Origin: Vibrio vulnificus CMCP6
GTDB taxonomy: Bacteria; Pseudomonadota; Gammaproteobacteria; Enterobacterales; Vibrionaceae
Reading direction: 5' to 3'
Length of the DNA: 32,000 nucleotides
NCBI RefSeq assembly: GCF_000039765.1
Contig: NC_004459.3
Span: 2,751,127-2,783,126 of the forward strand
The stretch's first letter is position 1, and every line of letters starts with the position of its first letter. Under the pieces are notes generated by a model. That model was not told where the DNA came from. It saw nothing but the letters and a program-made list of their open reading frames with translations, and did not search any database. A program made the position numbers and the translations under genes. Below are positions 11,117 to 20,307 of the stretch, piece by piece.

Positions 11117-11350
11117 AACATCAACATGTTGGCCATGCAAATACTGAATCCAGGCGGTACTCTACTAACCTACTCATGCTCAGGCTTGATGGACCAAGTG
11201 CTATTCCAAAAAATCATCGCCGATGCGGCGGTAGATGCAGGCCGCAGTGTTAAATTTGTCGAGCGTTTTGAGCAAGCTGCCGATCACCCAACCGACACCG
11301 CTTACCCAGAAGGTTTCTACCTCAAAGGCTTTGCGTGTAAGGTGTTGTAA
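11117..11350 (+). pseudogene. 5'-truncated, diverged second copy of the 3' end of rlmI
   Basis: 74 aa [74 protein letters not shown] matches the last 74 aa of the upstream RlmI with 9 differences by eye; many synonymous DNA differences. Confidence 0.9.
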
Positions 11351-11371
11351 ATTCTGAATCGCACTTTAAGC

Positions 11372-11407
11372 AAAAAGAGCCTCGACAAAAATCGAGGCTC
11401 TTTTTTA
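11372..11407 (+). terminator. Rho-independent terminator after the rlmI 3' copy
   Basis: AGAGCCTCGA...TCGAGGCTCTTTTTT. Confidence 0.85.
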
Positions 11408-11453
11408 TTGCTTGCTTATATTACCAGTTGCTTAGACCAAATTGCAGACAGCA

Positions 11454-11486
11454 CAAAAAACCGGAGCTCTTACAAGCTCCGGTTTT
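11454..11486 (-). terminator. Terminator of the adhesin gene (roughly bidirectional)
   Basis: CCGGAGCT-CTTACA-AGCTCCGG with AAAAAA on the left, i.e. a U tract on the minus transcript. Confidence 0.8.
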
Positions 11487-11493
11487 CGTTATT

Positions 11494-14400
11494 TTAGTCC
11501 TTTAAATGGTTTAGGTTATCCATCAAGCTGCTGGTGATATCCGCTGCCGACGCACCATCAAAGTCAATCGTTAAGGTTTGCCCTCCTTTGACGATAGTGA
11601 GGTGTGATGCACTCGCATCATCGGAAACGCGAATAGACACGTCTCCTACCGCCCCTTGATTGTCACCACTACCGAGATCGGCCAGCAAGGTATCGATATC
11701 CGCTTTAGACATATCGTCAAAGAGATCCGCTAGGTCCAGCTTGTCGCCTTGCGACGCGTTGAAGTCCGTAACACGATCTCTCGCCGTTTCCATATCAACC
11801 CACTTAAAGATATCCGCACCATCGCCACCGGTTAGGATGTCATTACCAAGACCGCCGATAAGAAGGTCACTTCCTGCACCGCCAAACAAGAGGTCATCAC
11901 CAAGGCCACCATCAAGGACATCGTTTCCAGCATGTCCTAGGATAATGTCGTTGTTGTCTGTACCTCGGATTTGGTCATCTCCAGTAGAAGCGTTGAACGA
12001 TGAGGTTGCTGCAGCATTAGACTCGCCATTTGGACTCACATTGAGTGTTACTAGCTGTTCTGATTCAACACCACTCACATCCTTGACTGTCATTAGCACT
12101 TCAAAGGCCACTGATTGACCAGTGTTAATCTTCGGAGCACTTGAATCAGGCTGGAAGTAGTAAGAACCATCTTGTCCAATACGGAAGTCACCATACAGAG
12201 TGGAAACAAGTAACTCATTGCTAACGCTATCCACACTGAATGACAAGCTATCAGGCATATTGATTACAGAAGAGTCAGTGTCAATCATCTGAATGACTTG
12301 CGCTTTCGTCGCATCAATAACCACTTCTGTTGCATCATCACCCGAAACCGACATCAACAATGAACCAGCGGTACCAATAGTAGGACGAAGTTTCGGCAAA
12401 TCGGTAACTAACTTCTCGTCTGGTATGTAAACTATATTATCTGCACTTCCAGATACTTGAATCAAACCAGATGATGGAACATTGGCTTCACTACCCACGC
12501 CAACAGCTGTTACATCTTTCCCTTTGATGAACGCAGCCCAATCACTTCCTATTGTTCCTTGGTTTTGAGCCCCGTCACTCAAGAAATAGATCACATCGTT
12601 TGTATCACCAGTAATACCTTTAACTGTAGCATCTTGATAGCCCGCCATAACGGCGTCAACGCCTTGGTCGTAATTTGTCCAACCTTCCGCATCGAAAATA
12701 CCGTTGTAGTTATCATTGTCAACATTAGCCAAAGCACTATTCAACACAGAAATAGCTTGAGTGACCGTCATCCATACACTTGATGAGCCATTCGTTGCAT
12801 GAGTCGCATCAGTATCAAAGTCAATCATTTGTACTAATACGCTTTCGCTACCCTGTTGAGACTTAACGTTTTTAAGCAGCTCAATAGACGCTTCCAATAC
12901 ATACTCAATCCTTGATTCTGTTAGACCAGTCGGCTTAGAAGCCATTGAGCCCGACGAATCAATCACAAGCGAAATAAGCGTCGTTGGAACCTCACCACCT
13001 TGATCAGCAAGCACATCATTGCTTGCAGCCGCATTGACTTCCGTACTTGCACCCACATCTGATTGCGGTAGCGAATTCTCTTTAGCCACAACATGAACAT
13101 CGACGTCTAGCGCTTCTGATGAAGGAGTACGAACCACCAAATTATCGTAGTTGATGCTTTGCGTAGAATTACCTTCTATATCGATGACCCAAACTTGCTC
13201 ACCATTTATATTTTGGAAGCCACCTAAAGTTTCGCCTGTGTCTTTATCGATAATCATCGTTCCATCAGGAAGTCCTTTAATTTGGACTTCATCAAGATAC
13301 TCACTGCCGTCACGATCGGCGACTGATGCAGATAGGTTCAGCACTGTCTCTGTGATCTGTTCTACGTGATAGGTACCATCTGGATTTAAAGTCACTATCG
13401 CATCCGAGAACACTAGTCGTTCGATTTCATAAAGATGATCACCCGTAAGCTCCCAAGACGTTCCTGTTCGAGCAGACGCGTCTTTACCTGTTGAGTCAAA
13501 TACAGCCCATTGATCAACTTTCCCACCAAAATCACCATTGTTAACCAAGGTATAGTTAGATAACGGACCTGAGTAGATAACGGTGTCAACGCCATCATGA
13601 TCAGTTGTGGACAAAGAGTCGTCACCGTCAATCTTGTCATCACCGGCCCCGCCAACAAAGACATCATTACCATACTTTCCGTACATAGTGTCAGCTTGAG
13701 CACTACCGAATAGAACTTCTGAGCCATTCGTTCCGGTAGCATTTCGGTTTACTTCAACAACTACCCCTGTAACACCCAATGCAGCTTTATCAGCTTCAGA
13801 CAATACTTGACCATTAACCAGTTTAGTATGAAGGGTAGAGTCCATCGTTACGTTAGTTGTAACGCTATCACCGAACACTACCGTTACATTAGGCGCATCA
13901 GCCACCGCTTTTACTTCCAACATCACTGTTGCAGTATCCGTTTTATGACCATCAGAAACCGTCACTGTAAATGGCACATCATCAAAGTGTTTGTTTTCAG
14001 CTGGTTTAAACACTGCACTTGTCACTACACCATTTGCATCATGTGTTAGCACTAAGCTTCCGTAGCTTGGGTCGACACTGACATTACTAATATAAACTGC
14101 GTCACCATCAGGGTCGGTCGGATTCAATGCACCCAAATTGAGCGAAATCTCAGTATCTTCCGTGCCTACCTCACTAAATCGAGTGTCTGCAAGATGTGGT
14201 GCATTGTTGGTCGATGTTTCTGTAGAGTCAGTAACGAAATCAATCGTTCCTTTATCGGTACCCTTATCGCTATCAGTCGCTTCATAAACAACCTCTTCAG
14301 ACACAGCAGCATCAACAACTTCAACTGACTGCAATGTGACATTGGAGTTGCCGTTGTCGTTTGGATTATCTGTGCCATGAGTGGTGTAGACTCGAATTTC

Positions 14401-17400
14401 ATCAAATCCACCATCGACTTTGATGTTGGCTGTAAAGACACCCGAACCGTCATAAATAGGCTGTTGATCATCATCGTAGATAAACTCTTGAACCACTTGC
14501 CCATCTTTAAAGACAAGCACATGGATTTGAGCATCCGCCGAACTTGTGTCGTTGTAATTCCCCCAAACGCTACCAAAAGTAACATTGGCTTCTTTTACCA
14601 AGACATCCGTCTTTCCTTGTGAAATTTGAGAGAAATCTACACTGATGTAATCTTTCGTGCTGACATCAAGTTCAGAGCTACCAACACCAAGGCCTTTTTC
14701 ATTATCCGCATTATCGAAAAATAGTTCATCCGGGGTTAATGAACTGTCTGTATCTGGTCTTGAACCCGTATAGTGTCCGCCAGAGATAATGACGCCGCTA
14801 TCAAGAACAAAGCTCGTTACGGTATCGTCTGCATATACCCCTTTGAAATCAGTTTGAGCATCAAAGCTCAGCTTGTCATTGACATCATCATGTAAATCGT
14901 ACTCAAGCTTATCCGTCACTTTTACAACTGTGTCTTTCGTGACTTCTGTACGGCTGCCATCGCTGTTGACAACGTAAACGGTTCCCAAAACAGGAAGAGA
15001 ATCGAAACTGATCGTTGTTTCTTTTGCGTCCGTTGAGTTGGCATCATCTTCACGATCCGTAACAACATCAATTTGCTGGCCATCTGCTGTGCTTTCAGTT
15101 TCAAAGTCAAAACCGATAACAGAAGAATCAGGAGATAATGTAACAACGAAGTCATTACCCTGAGGCCCCTCATTGACGGCTAGCTGGTCACTATCTTTAA
15201 ACTCCAAATGACTTGGCTGATTGCCATAGGTAATTTCAGCTGAGATTGATAGCTCGTCACCTACGACTGAACCAGAGTCAATAGAACCAGAGATCGTCCC
15301 TGCTGCAATATGTTCAGGTTCTAGCGCAAAGCTTTGTGTTACACCCTCAATAACTATCGTGAGCATCGCACCAACAACAGCGCCAACAGGCAACGTTATC
15401 GTATAGCCCACCGTAGAGCGATCACTGTTGATCACGTCATCCTGATCTCTTTCCAAACTCACTTTAGGCGCAAACAACTCTGAAGTCGTTTTCGTACCAT
15501 CGGTAAACTTAAAGTTTTCAAACTCAATGAAAGTGTTCACATCACCATTGGCTTCAGTGATTGTGACAGAGCCATCGGTATTAAGTGCAACCGAAGCGTT
15601 TGTAGATGCGAAATTCAACTCAGCTGTATCATTACCAGCACCACCATCAACCACTAACTTGTTGTTGGCATCATCTTGGTTTGATTTGAATAGATCATCA
15701 CCGCTACCAAGTAATACAAAGTCATCCGTTGATTCTGCAAGCGCTGGATCATAAGTACCATGGTAGTAATGAACCGTATTAGACGCTTCGCTGACATTGC
15801 CAAAAGAGTCTTTCTCTTTTGCATACAAGAACTCGTTATCATTCAGTGGAATGGCTGATTCGTTCGAAATATCCAGTGTCCATGACAAGTCTTGTTGAAC
15901 AGTTGCTGTTCCAATAGTGACATATACACCGTTAGCATCTTTAGCAAATACTTCAACCTCATTACCAGGTTCACTACCGGTGCCATGAAGAGTAACGACA
16001 GAATAGTCAGACCCAGATGAATCATCAGTGACTTTTGTGATAGTTGGCGCGTCTGGTGCATCTATATCAAAGAAATACGGTTCAGTTGTAGTCGCGACAA
16101 ACGTGTTTCCTGCAACATCAGATACAGTCACCTTAGCTGTAAGAATTGCTCCACCATCTACTTCTCCATCCGGGATCAAGTTAGAGCCTTTGGTTACAAA
16201 CTCAAATTTATACCCAATCTGGTTACCATGAGCATCCAAATGAGGCTCGTTAGATACGAAACCTGAACCAATAAGCTCTCCATTTACGTAAAAGTCGATT
16301 TTATCATTAGGCTGAGCATCCTTATTAACATAACCAACAACGGTCACATCGGCATTAGACTCATCAGCACTTATCTTGTGGTCACCGGCTATGTTTAGGA
16401 TGTCGATTTCGGCGAGGACGATAGTATCTAGGATCGCACTGTCAGTGCCTTTCTCTGACACGTTGCCCGCTTTGTCGGTGATGGTCGCTTCAACGGTCAA
16501 CGTCGCGCCTTCTGCTGGCGCCGCTACCGTGGTCAACACTTCGCCCGCGTCGATTTGCGCTTGAGTCAGTTCGATGTCCGTGCCGTTCACCGTCAGGGTA
16601 TCGCCTGCTACCGCATTGGTGCCCGTTAGGGAGATGGTCACATTCACGTCACCAGATAGCTCTGCCGCGCTGATGTAGCCGTCGTTGTCCCCATCTTCTG
16701 TGATGGTCACGCCTGGCGCTCCCGCCGCGGTCGTATCTAGGATCGCACTGTCAGTGCCTTTCTCTGACACGTTGCCCGCTTTGTCGGTGATGGTCGCTTC
16801 AACGGTCAACGTCGCGCCTTCTGCTGGCGCCGCTACCGTGGTCAACACTTCGCCCGCGTCGATTTGCGCTTGAGTCAGTTCGATGTCCGTGCCGTTCACC
16901 GTCAGGGTATCGCCTGCTACCGCATTGGTGCCCGTTAGGGAGATGGTCACATTCACGTCACCAGATAGCTCTGCCGCGCTGATGTAGCCGTCGTTGTCCC
17001 CATCTTCTGTGATGGTCACGCCTGGCGCTCCCGCCGCGGTCGTATCTAGGATCGCACTGTCAGTGCCTTTCTCTGACACGTTGCCCGCTTTGTCGGTGAT
17101 GGTCGCTTCAACGGTCAACGTCGCGCCTTCTGCTGGCGCCGCTACCGTGGTCAACACTTCGCCCGCGTCGATTTGCGCTTGAGTCAGTTCGATGTCCGTG
17201 CCGTTCACCGTCAGGGTATCGCCTGCTACCGCATTGGTGCCCGTTAGGGAGATGGTCACATTCACGTCACCAGATAGCTCTGCCGCGCTGATGTAGCCGT
17301 CGTTGTCCCCATCTTCTGTGATGGTCACGCCTGGCGCTCCCGCCGCGGTCGTATCTAGGATCGCACTGTCAGTGCCTTTCTCTGACACGTTGCCCGCTTT

Positions 17401-20307
17401 GTCGGTGATGGTCGCTTCAACGGTCAACGTCGCGCCTTCTGCTGGCGCCGCTACCGTGGTCAACACTTCGCCCGCGTCGATTTGCGCTTGAGTCAGTTCG
17501 ATGTCCGTGCCGTTCACCGTCAGGGTATCGCCTGCTACCGCATTGGTGCCCGTTAGGGAGATGGTCACATTCACGTCACCAGATAGCTCTGCCGCGCTGA
17601 TGTAGCCGTCGTTGTCCCCATCTTCTGTGATGGTCACGCCTGGCGCTCCCGCCGCGGTCGTATCGACTACATAATCACGCTCACCCGAGCCGCTAAACGG
17701 ATTACCCGCCCAGTCGTCTCCCGTTACAGTAGCGGTAACTTTGTCGTCCTGAGCTAAGTCAGATCCTGAAACAGACACTTCCCATGTTTTATTACTCAAT
17801 ACCGAAGTAGTGTAGGTTACACCATTCACCACAACGGTCACTTGATCACCAGGCCTTGCATCGCCTCCAACGGAGCCCGTTACTTTTACTAGGCCTTCGC
17901 TTTCTGCTTTATTGACCACATTGTCATCTGTGATTGGGTCGATCTTGATCGTTCCACGTGCAAACGTATCCACTAGGTAGAATTCCGTAGAAGTCGCTGA
18001 GCCAATATTACCCGCCGTGTTTACAACATCTACTTTGGCATCGACGACATTATCTGAATCTGCGCTTAAATCTGAGCCCTTAACTTCTATACTGTATTTA
18101 CCGTCGACAACTTCACCAGTGTATTCAACGCCATTGATAGTGAGAGTAACAACGCCCGACGAGAAAGATTCACCAGTTACCGTACCGGTCACTGTGACTA
18201 AGGAGTTTACTTCTTGGGCATTAATCACAGAGTCAGAGGTGATTGGATCAATGTCGATGTTCACGTTAATTGGCGTGTCATCAAATCTATGAACTGACTC
18301 ACCTTTAGACGTGACTTCGTTACCTGCTGCATCAGTTGAATTAACGGTAACTTCAAAAGCTGTGTCGACAGCAAGGTCTGAACCACTTACTGATAGCTCC
18401 CACGCGCCGTCTTCAGAAACGCTACCTGTGTACTCTTTACCGTTAATGATTGCGGTAACAATATCTCCAGTTTTGATGTCACCACCAGTCGCAGAACCAG
18501 TCACTGTAATAGTTTGGTTTTTCTCTGTTTCTGTAATTACATCATCTGAGGTAATTGGATCGACAGAAACCGTACCTGCCTGAGCTGTCGTATCTAGTGT
18601 AAACGTCAGTGTGCTGCTGCCAGAAGTGTTGCCTGCTGTATCTGTTTGACGAACGATGATCGTATTGTCGCCTTCCACTGGTGTTGGCGCGGTAGTTGTC
18701 CATTCACCATTGACAAAGTACTCCACCGTCGCGCCTTCTTCGGTGCCTGTAACGGCGAAATCGCCTTTATTGGTCAGGAAGTCGTCGGCCAAACTGCCAC
18801 TGTCAATATCGAGCGAAATCTGCGGTGCATCTGGCGCTGTGGTATCGAGAGTAAACGTCAGTGTGCTGCTGCCAGAAGTGTTGCCTGCTGCATCGGTCTG
18901 ACGAACGATGATCGTATTCTCGCCTTCCACTGGTGTTGGCGCGGTGGTTGTCCATTCACCATTGACAAAGTACTCCACCGTCGCACCTTCTTCGGTGCCT
19001 GCAACAGTGAAATCACCTTTATTGGTCAGGAAGTCATCCGCCAAGCTGCCACTGTCAATATCGAGCGAAATCTGCGGTGCATCTGGCGCTGTGGTATCGA
19101 GAGTAAACGTCAGCGTGCTGCTACCTGAAATGTTGCCTGCCGCATCTGTCTGGCGAACGATGATCGTATTATCGCCTTCCACTGGTGTTGGCGCGGTAGT
19201 TGTCCATTCACCATTAACAAAGTACTCCACCGTCGCACCTTCTTCAGTGCCTGTAACGGTGAAATCGCCTTTATTGGTCAGGAAGTCGTCGGCTAAGCTG
19301 CCGCTGTCAATATCGAGCGAAATCTGCGGTGCATCTGGCGCTGTAGTATCGAGAGTAAACGTCAGTGTGCTGCTGCCAGAAGTGTTGCCTGCTGCATCGG
19401 TCTGACGAACGATGATCGTATTGTCGCCTTCCACTGGTGTTGGCGCGGTGGTTGTCCATTCACCATTAACAAAATACTCCACCGTCGCACCTTCTTCGGT
19501 GCCAGCAACAGTGAAATCGCCTTTATTGGTCAGGAAGTCATCCGCCAAGCTGCCGCTGTCAGTGTCGAGCGAAATCTGCGGGGCATCTGGTGCTGTAGTA
19601 TCGAGAGTAAACGTCAGCGTGCTACTCTCAGATGAATTTCCTGCGTCATCGGTTTGGCGAATAATAATGGTATTTTCACCTTCAACAGCGACAGGTTCAG
19701 TTGTTGTCCATTCACCATCCACAAAATATTCAACAGTTGCGCCATCTTCGATATCTGTGACCGTGTATGAACCATCATTTGTTAAAAAGTCATCAGCTTT
19801 GGAGCCACTGTCCGTGTCTAGTGTGATAGTCGGCGCCGATGGTGCAATGGAGTCAATGTCTTGTAATGCTGTGTTAGCATCATTTAGTAGATCAAATAGA
19901 GAGAGGCTTTGTGCTTCGTTTAAGCCCAGCGCTTGTAATCCTTGAGTGCTAAAGTCCGTACTTGCCAAAGATTCTGCACCAATACGCGAAATCGTTCCGC
20001 CAGCCACTAAGCTTGAACCACCTGTTTCGCCTGCGGCCGTCGCAAAATCGTCACCCAGTTGCGTCGGGTCCTGTCCTTCTTCTAAGGCAGCAAAAATCTG
20101 TTGAATGTCATCAGTGATGTTGGTTTCACCAGCATCGGTTGCAATGCGAAATTGGGGTACATCTGTTTCTTCCAGCGTTTCAATAACCAATTCGCCCGGA
20201 GCAATGGCTTGTCCTGGCGCAAGAATTTTAATGTTGCCGTTTAAATCCAGAACAACAATACGACCAGCAGTGAGAGACGCTCCTGCAAGGAAGGCTGTGA
20301 AATCCAT
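11494..20307 (-). CDS. Giant LapA-type RTX adhesin, type I secretion substrate: N-terminal retention module with dialanine site, Ig-like tandem repeats, cadherin-like domain, VWA domain, C-terminal RTX repeats
   Basis: Single open frame of about 2,940 aa. N-terminal IQQIFAALEEGQDPTQLGDDFATAAGE, tandem bacterial Ig-like repeats, VWA MIDAS DSSGS, RTX GTDNNDIILGHAGNDVLDGGLGDDLLFGGAGSDLLIGGLGNDILTGGDGADIF. The supplied start (TTG at 20343) has no Shine-Dalgarno; the ATG at 20307 (MDFTAFLAGAS) has AGAGG just upstream. Confidence 0.93.
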   Translation of the reverse strand: MDFTAFLAGASLTAGRIVVLDLNGNIKILAPGQAIAPGELVIETLEETDVPQFRIATDAGETNITDDIQQIFAALEEGQDPTQLGDDFATAAGETGGSSLVAGGTISRIGAESLASTDFSTQGLQALGLNEAQSLSLFDLLNDANTALQDIDSIAPSAPTITLDTDSGSKADDFLTNDGSYTVTDIEDGATVEYFVDGEWTTTEPVAVEGENTIIIRQTDDAGNSSESSTLTFTLDTTAPDAPQISLDTDSGSLADDFLTNKGDFTVAGTEEGATVEYFVNGEWTTTAPTPVEGDNTIIVRQTDAAGNTSGSSTLTFTLDTTAPDAPQISLDIDSGSLADDFLTNKGDFTVTGTEEGATVEYFVNGEWTTTAPTPVEGDNTIIVRQTDAAGNISGSSTLTFTLDTTAPDAPQISLDIDSGSLADDFLTNKGDFTVAGTEEGATVEYFVNGEWTTTAPTPVEGENTIIVRQTDAAGNTSGSSTLTFTLDTTAPDAPQISLDIDSGSLADDFLTNKGDFAVTGTEEGATVEYFVNGEWTTTAPTPVEGDNTIIVRQTDTAGNTSGSSTLTFTLDTTAQAGTVSVDPITSDDVITETEKNQTITVTGSATGGDIKTGDIVTAIINGKEYTGSVSEDGAWELSVSGSDLAVDTAFEVTVNSTDAAGNEVTSKGESVHRFDDTPINVNIDIDPITSDSVINAQEVNSLVTVTGTVTGESFSSGVVTLTINGVEYTGEVVDGKYSIEVKGSDLSADSDNVVDAKVDVVNTAGNIGSATSTEFYLVDTFARGTIKIDPITDDNVVNKAESEGLVKVTGSVGGDARPGDQVTVVVNGVTYTTSVLSNKTWEVSVSGSDLAQDDKVTATVTGDDWAGNPFSGSGERDYVVDTTAAGAPGVTITEDGDNDGYISAAELSGDVNVTISLTGTNAVAGDTLTVNGTDIELTQAQIDAGEVLTTVAAPAEGATLTVEATITDKAGNVSEKGTDSAILDTTAAGAPGVTITEDGDNDGYISAAELSGDVNVTISLTGTNAVAGDTLTVNGTDIELTQAQIDAGEVLTTVAAPAEGATLTVEATITDKAGNVSEKGTDSAILDTTAAGAPGVTITEDGDNDGYISAAELSGDVNVTISLTGTNAVAGDTLTVNGTDIELTQAQIDAGEVLTTVAAPAEGATLTVEATITDKAGNVSEKGTDSAILDTTAAGAPGVTITEDGDNDGYISAAELSGDVNVTISLTGTNAVAGDTLTVNGTDIELTQAQIDAGEVLTTVAAPAEGATLTVEATITDKAGNVSEKGTDSAILDTIVLAEIDILNIAGDHKISADESNADVTVVGYVNKDAQPNDKIDFYVNGELIGSGFVSNEPHLDAHGNQIGYKFEFVTKGSNLIPDGEVDGGAILTAKVTVSDVAGNTFVATTTEPYFFDIDAPDAPTITKVTDDSSGSDYSVVTLHGTGSEPGNEVEVFAKDANGVYVTIGTATVQQDLSWTLDISNESAIPLNDNEFLYAKEKDSFGNVSEASNTVHYYHGTYDPALAESTDDFVLLGSGDDLFKSNQDDANNKLVVDGGAGNDTAELNFASTNASVALNTDGSVTITEANGDVNTFIEFENFKFTDGTKTTSELFAPKVSLERDQDDVINSDRSTVGYTITLPVGAVVGAMLTIVIEGVTQSFALEPEHIAAGTISGSIDSGSVVGDELSISAEITYGNQPSHLEFKDSDQLAVNEGPQGNDFVVTLSPDSSVIGFDFETESTADGQQIDVVTDREDDANSTDAKETTISFDSLPVLGTVYVVNSDGSRTEVTKDTVVKVTDKLEYDLHDDVNDKLSFDAQTDFKGVYADDTVTSFVLDSGVIISGGHYTGSRPDTDSSLTPDELFFDNADNEKGLGVGSSELDVSTKDYISVDFSQISQGKTDVLVKEANVTFGSVWGNYNDTSSADAQIHVLVFKDGQVVQEFIYDDDQQPIYDGSGVFTANIKVDGGFDEIRVYTTHGTDNPNDNGNSNVTLQSVEVVDAAVSEEVVYEATDSDKGTDKGTIDFVTDSTETSTNNAPHLADTRFSEVGTEDTEISLNLGALNPTDPDGDAVYISNVSVDPSYGSLVLTHDANGVVTSAVFKPAENKHFDDVPFTVTVSDGHKTDTATVMLEVKAVADAPNVTVVFGDSVTTNVTMDSTLHTKLVNGQVLSEADKAALGVTGVVVEVNRNATGTNGSEVLFGSAQADTMYGKYGNDVFVGGAGDDKIDGDDSLSTTDHDGVDTVIYSGPLSNYTLVNNGDFGGKVDQWAVFDSTGKDASARTGTSWELTGDHLYEIERLVFSDAIVTLNPDGTYHVEQITETVLNLSASVADRDGSEYLDEVQIKGLPDGTMIIDKDTGETLGGFQNINGEQVWVIDIEGNSTQSINYDNLVVRTPSSEALDVDVHVVAKENSLPQSDVGASTEVNAAASNDVLADQGGEVPTTLISLVIDSSGSMASKPTGLTESRIEYVLEASIELLKNVKSQQGSESVLVQMIDFDTDATHATNGSSSVWMTVTQAISVLNSALANVDNDNYNGIFDAEGWTNYDQGVDAVMAGYQDATVKGITGDTNDVIYFLSDGAQNQGTIGSDWAAFIKGKDVTAVGVGSEANVPSSGLIQVSGSADNIVYIPDEKLVTDLPKLRPTIGTAGSLLMSVSGDDATEVVIDATKAQVIQMIDTDSSVINMPDSLSFSVDSVSNELLVSTLYGDFRIGQDGSYYFQPDSSAPKINTGQSVAFEVLMTVKDVSGVESEQLVTLNVSPNGESNAAATSSFNASTGDDQIRGTDNNDIILGHAGNDVLDGGLGDDLLFGGAGSDLLIGGLGNDILTGGDGADIFKWVDMETARDRVTDFNASQGDKLDLADLFDDMSKADIDTLLADLGSGDNQGAVGDVSIRVSDDASASHLTIVKGGQTLTIDFDGASAADITSSLMDNLNHLKD
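11811..11970 (-). other. C-terminal RTX nonapeptide (GGxGxDxxx) repeat block preceding the T1SS target region
   Basis: Translated repeats HAGNDVLDG-GLGDDLLFG-GAGSDLLIG-GLGNDILTG-GDGADIF. Confidence 0.9.
12370..12975 (-). other. von Willebrand factor A domain inside the adhesin
   Basis: TTLISLVIDSSGSMASKPTG...VIYFLSDGAQNQG...VTAVGVGSE; MIDAS DSSGS encoded at 12946-12960. Boundaries approximate. Confidence 0.85.
13590..13750 (-). other. Second, internal RTX-like segment
   Basis: EVLFGSAQADTMYGKYGNDVFVGGAGDDKIDGDDS inside the adhesin; coordinates approximate. Confidence 0.7.
16424..17659 (-). repeat. Four tandem 309-bp (103 aa) repeats, apparently identical
   Basis: Unit boundaries (gtatctaggatcgcactg...) at 16424, 16733, 17042, 17351 and next junction at 17660; each encodes the same 103 aa TTAAGAPGVTITEDGDNDGYISAAELSG...SEKGTDSAILD. 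Confidence 0.95.
18590..19849 (-). repeat. Four near-identical 252-bp (84 aa) tandem repeats plus a fifth divergent unit
   Basis: Unit starts at 18590, 18842, 19094, 19346; divergent unit from 19598. Encodes APDAPQISLDxDSGSLADDFLTNKGDFxVxGTEEGATVEYFVNGEWTTTAPTPVEGxNTIIVRQTDxAGNxSGSSTLTFTLDTT. Confidence 0.93.
20029..20040 (-). other. Dialanine TAAG motif, candidate LapG periplasmic protease cleavage site
   Basis: Reverse complement ACG GCC GCA GGC = T-A-A-G within DDFATAAGETGG, following a LapA-like retention-module segment. Confidence 0.75.

Noticed and set aside
11101-11350. Functional short methyltransferase encoded by the 74 aa ORF at 11126
   Set aside because: It lacks the PUA-like region, SAM-binding motifs and DPPKF motif; it is a C-terminal fragment only, so treated as a remnant.
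13413-16061. Alternative-frame minus-strand ORFs (109, 139, 83, 62, 72 aa) inside the adhesin
   Set aside because: Same strand, different frame from an uninterrupted giant ORF; their translations show no recognisable domain and read as frameshifted adhesin.
16376-17491. Four identical 62 aa plus-strand ORFs spaced 309 bp apart (MSPSSVMVTPGAPAAVV...)
   Set aside because: They are antisense shadows of the 309-bp adhesin repeats, with identity caused by the repeat; there is no independent coding evidence.
16424-19849. CRISPR-like or VNTR satellite interpretation of the repeats
   Set aside because: Units are 309 and 252 bp, directly abutting, in-frame multiples of three, and encode Ig-like domains; there are no spacers.
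18646-19945. Long plus-strand ORFs (160, 165, 177, 81 aa) antisense to the adhesin
   Set aside because: Internally repetitive with the same 252-bp period, explained by the adhesin's coding constraint on the other strand.
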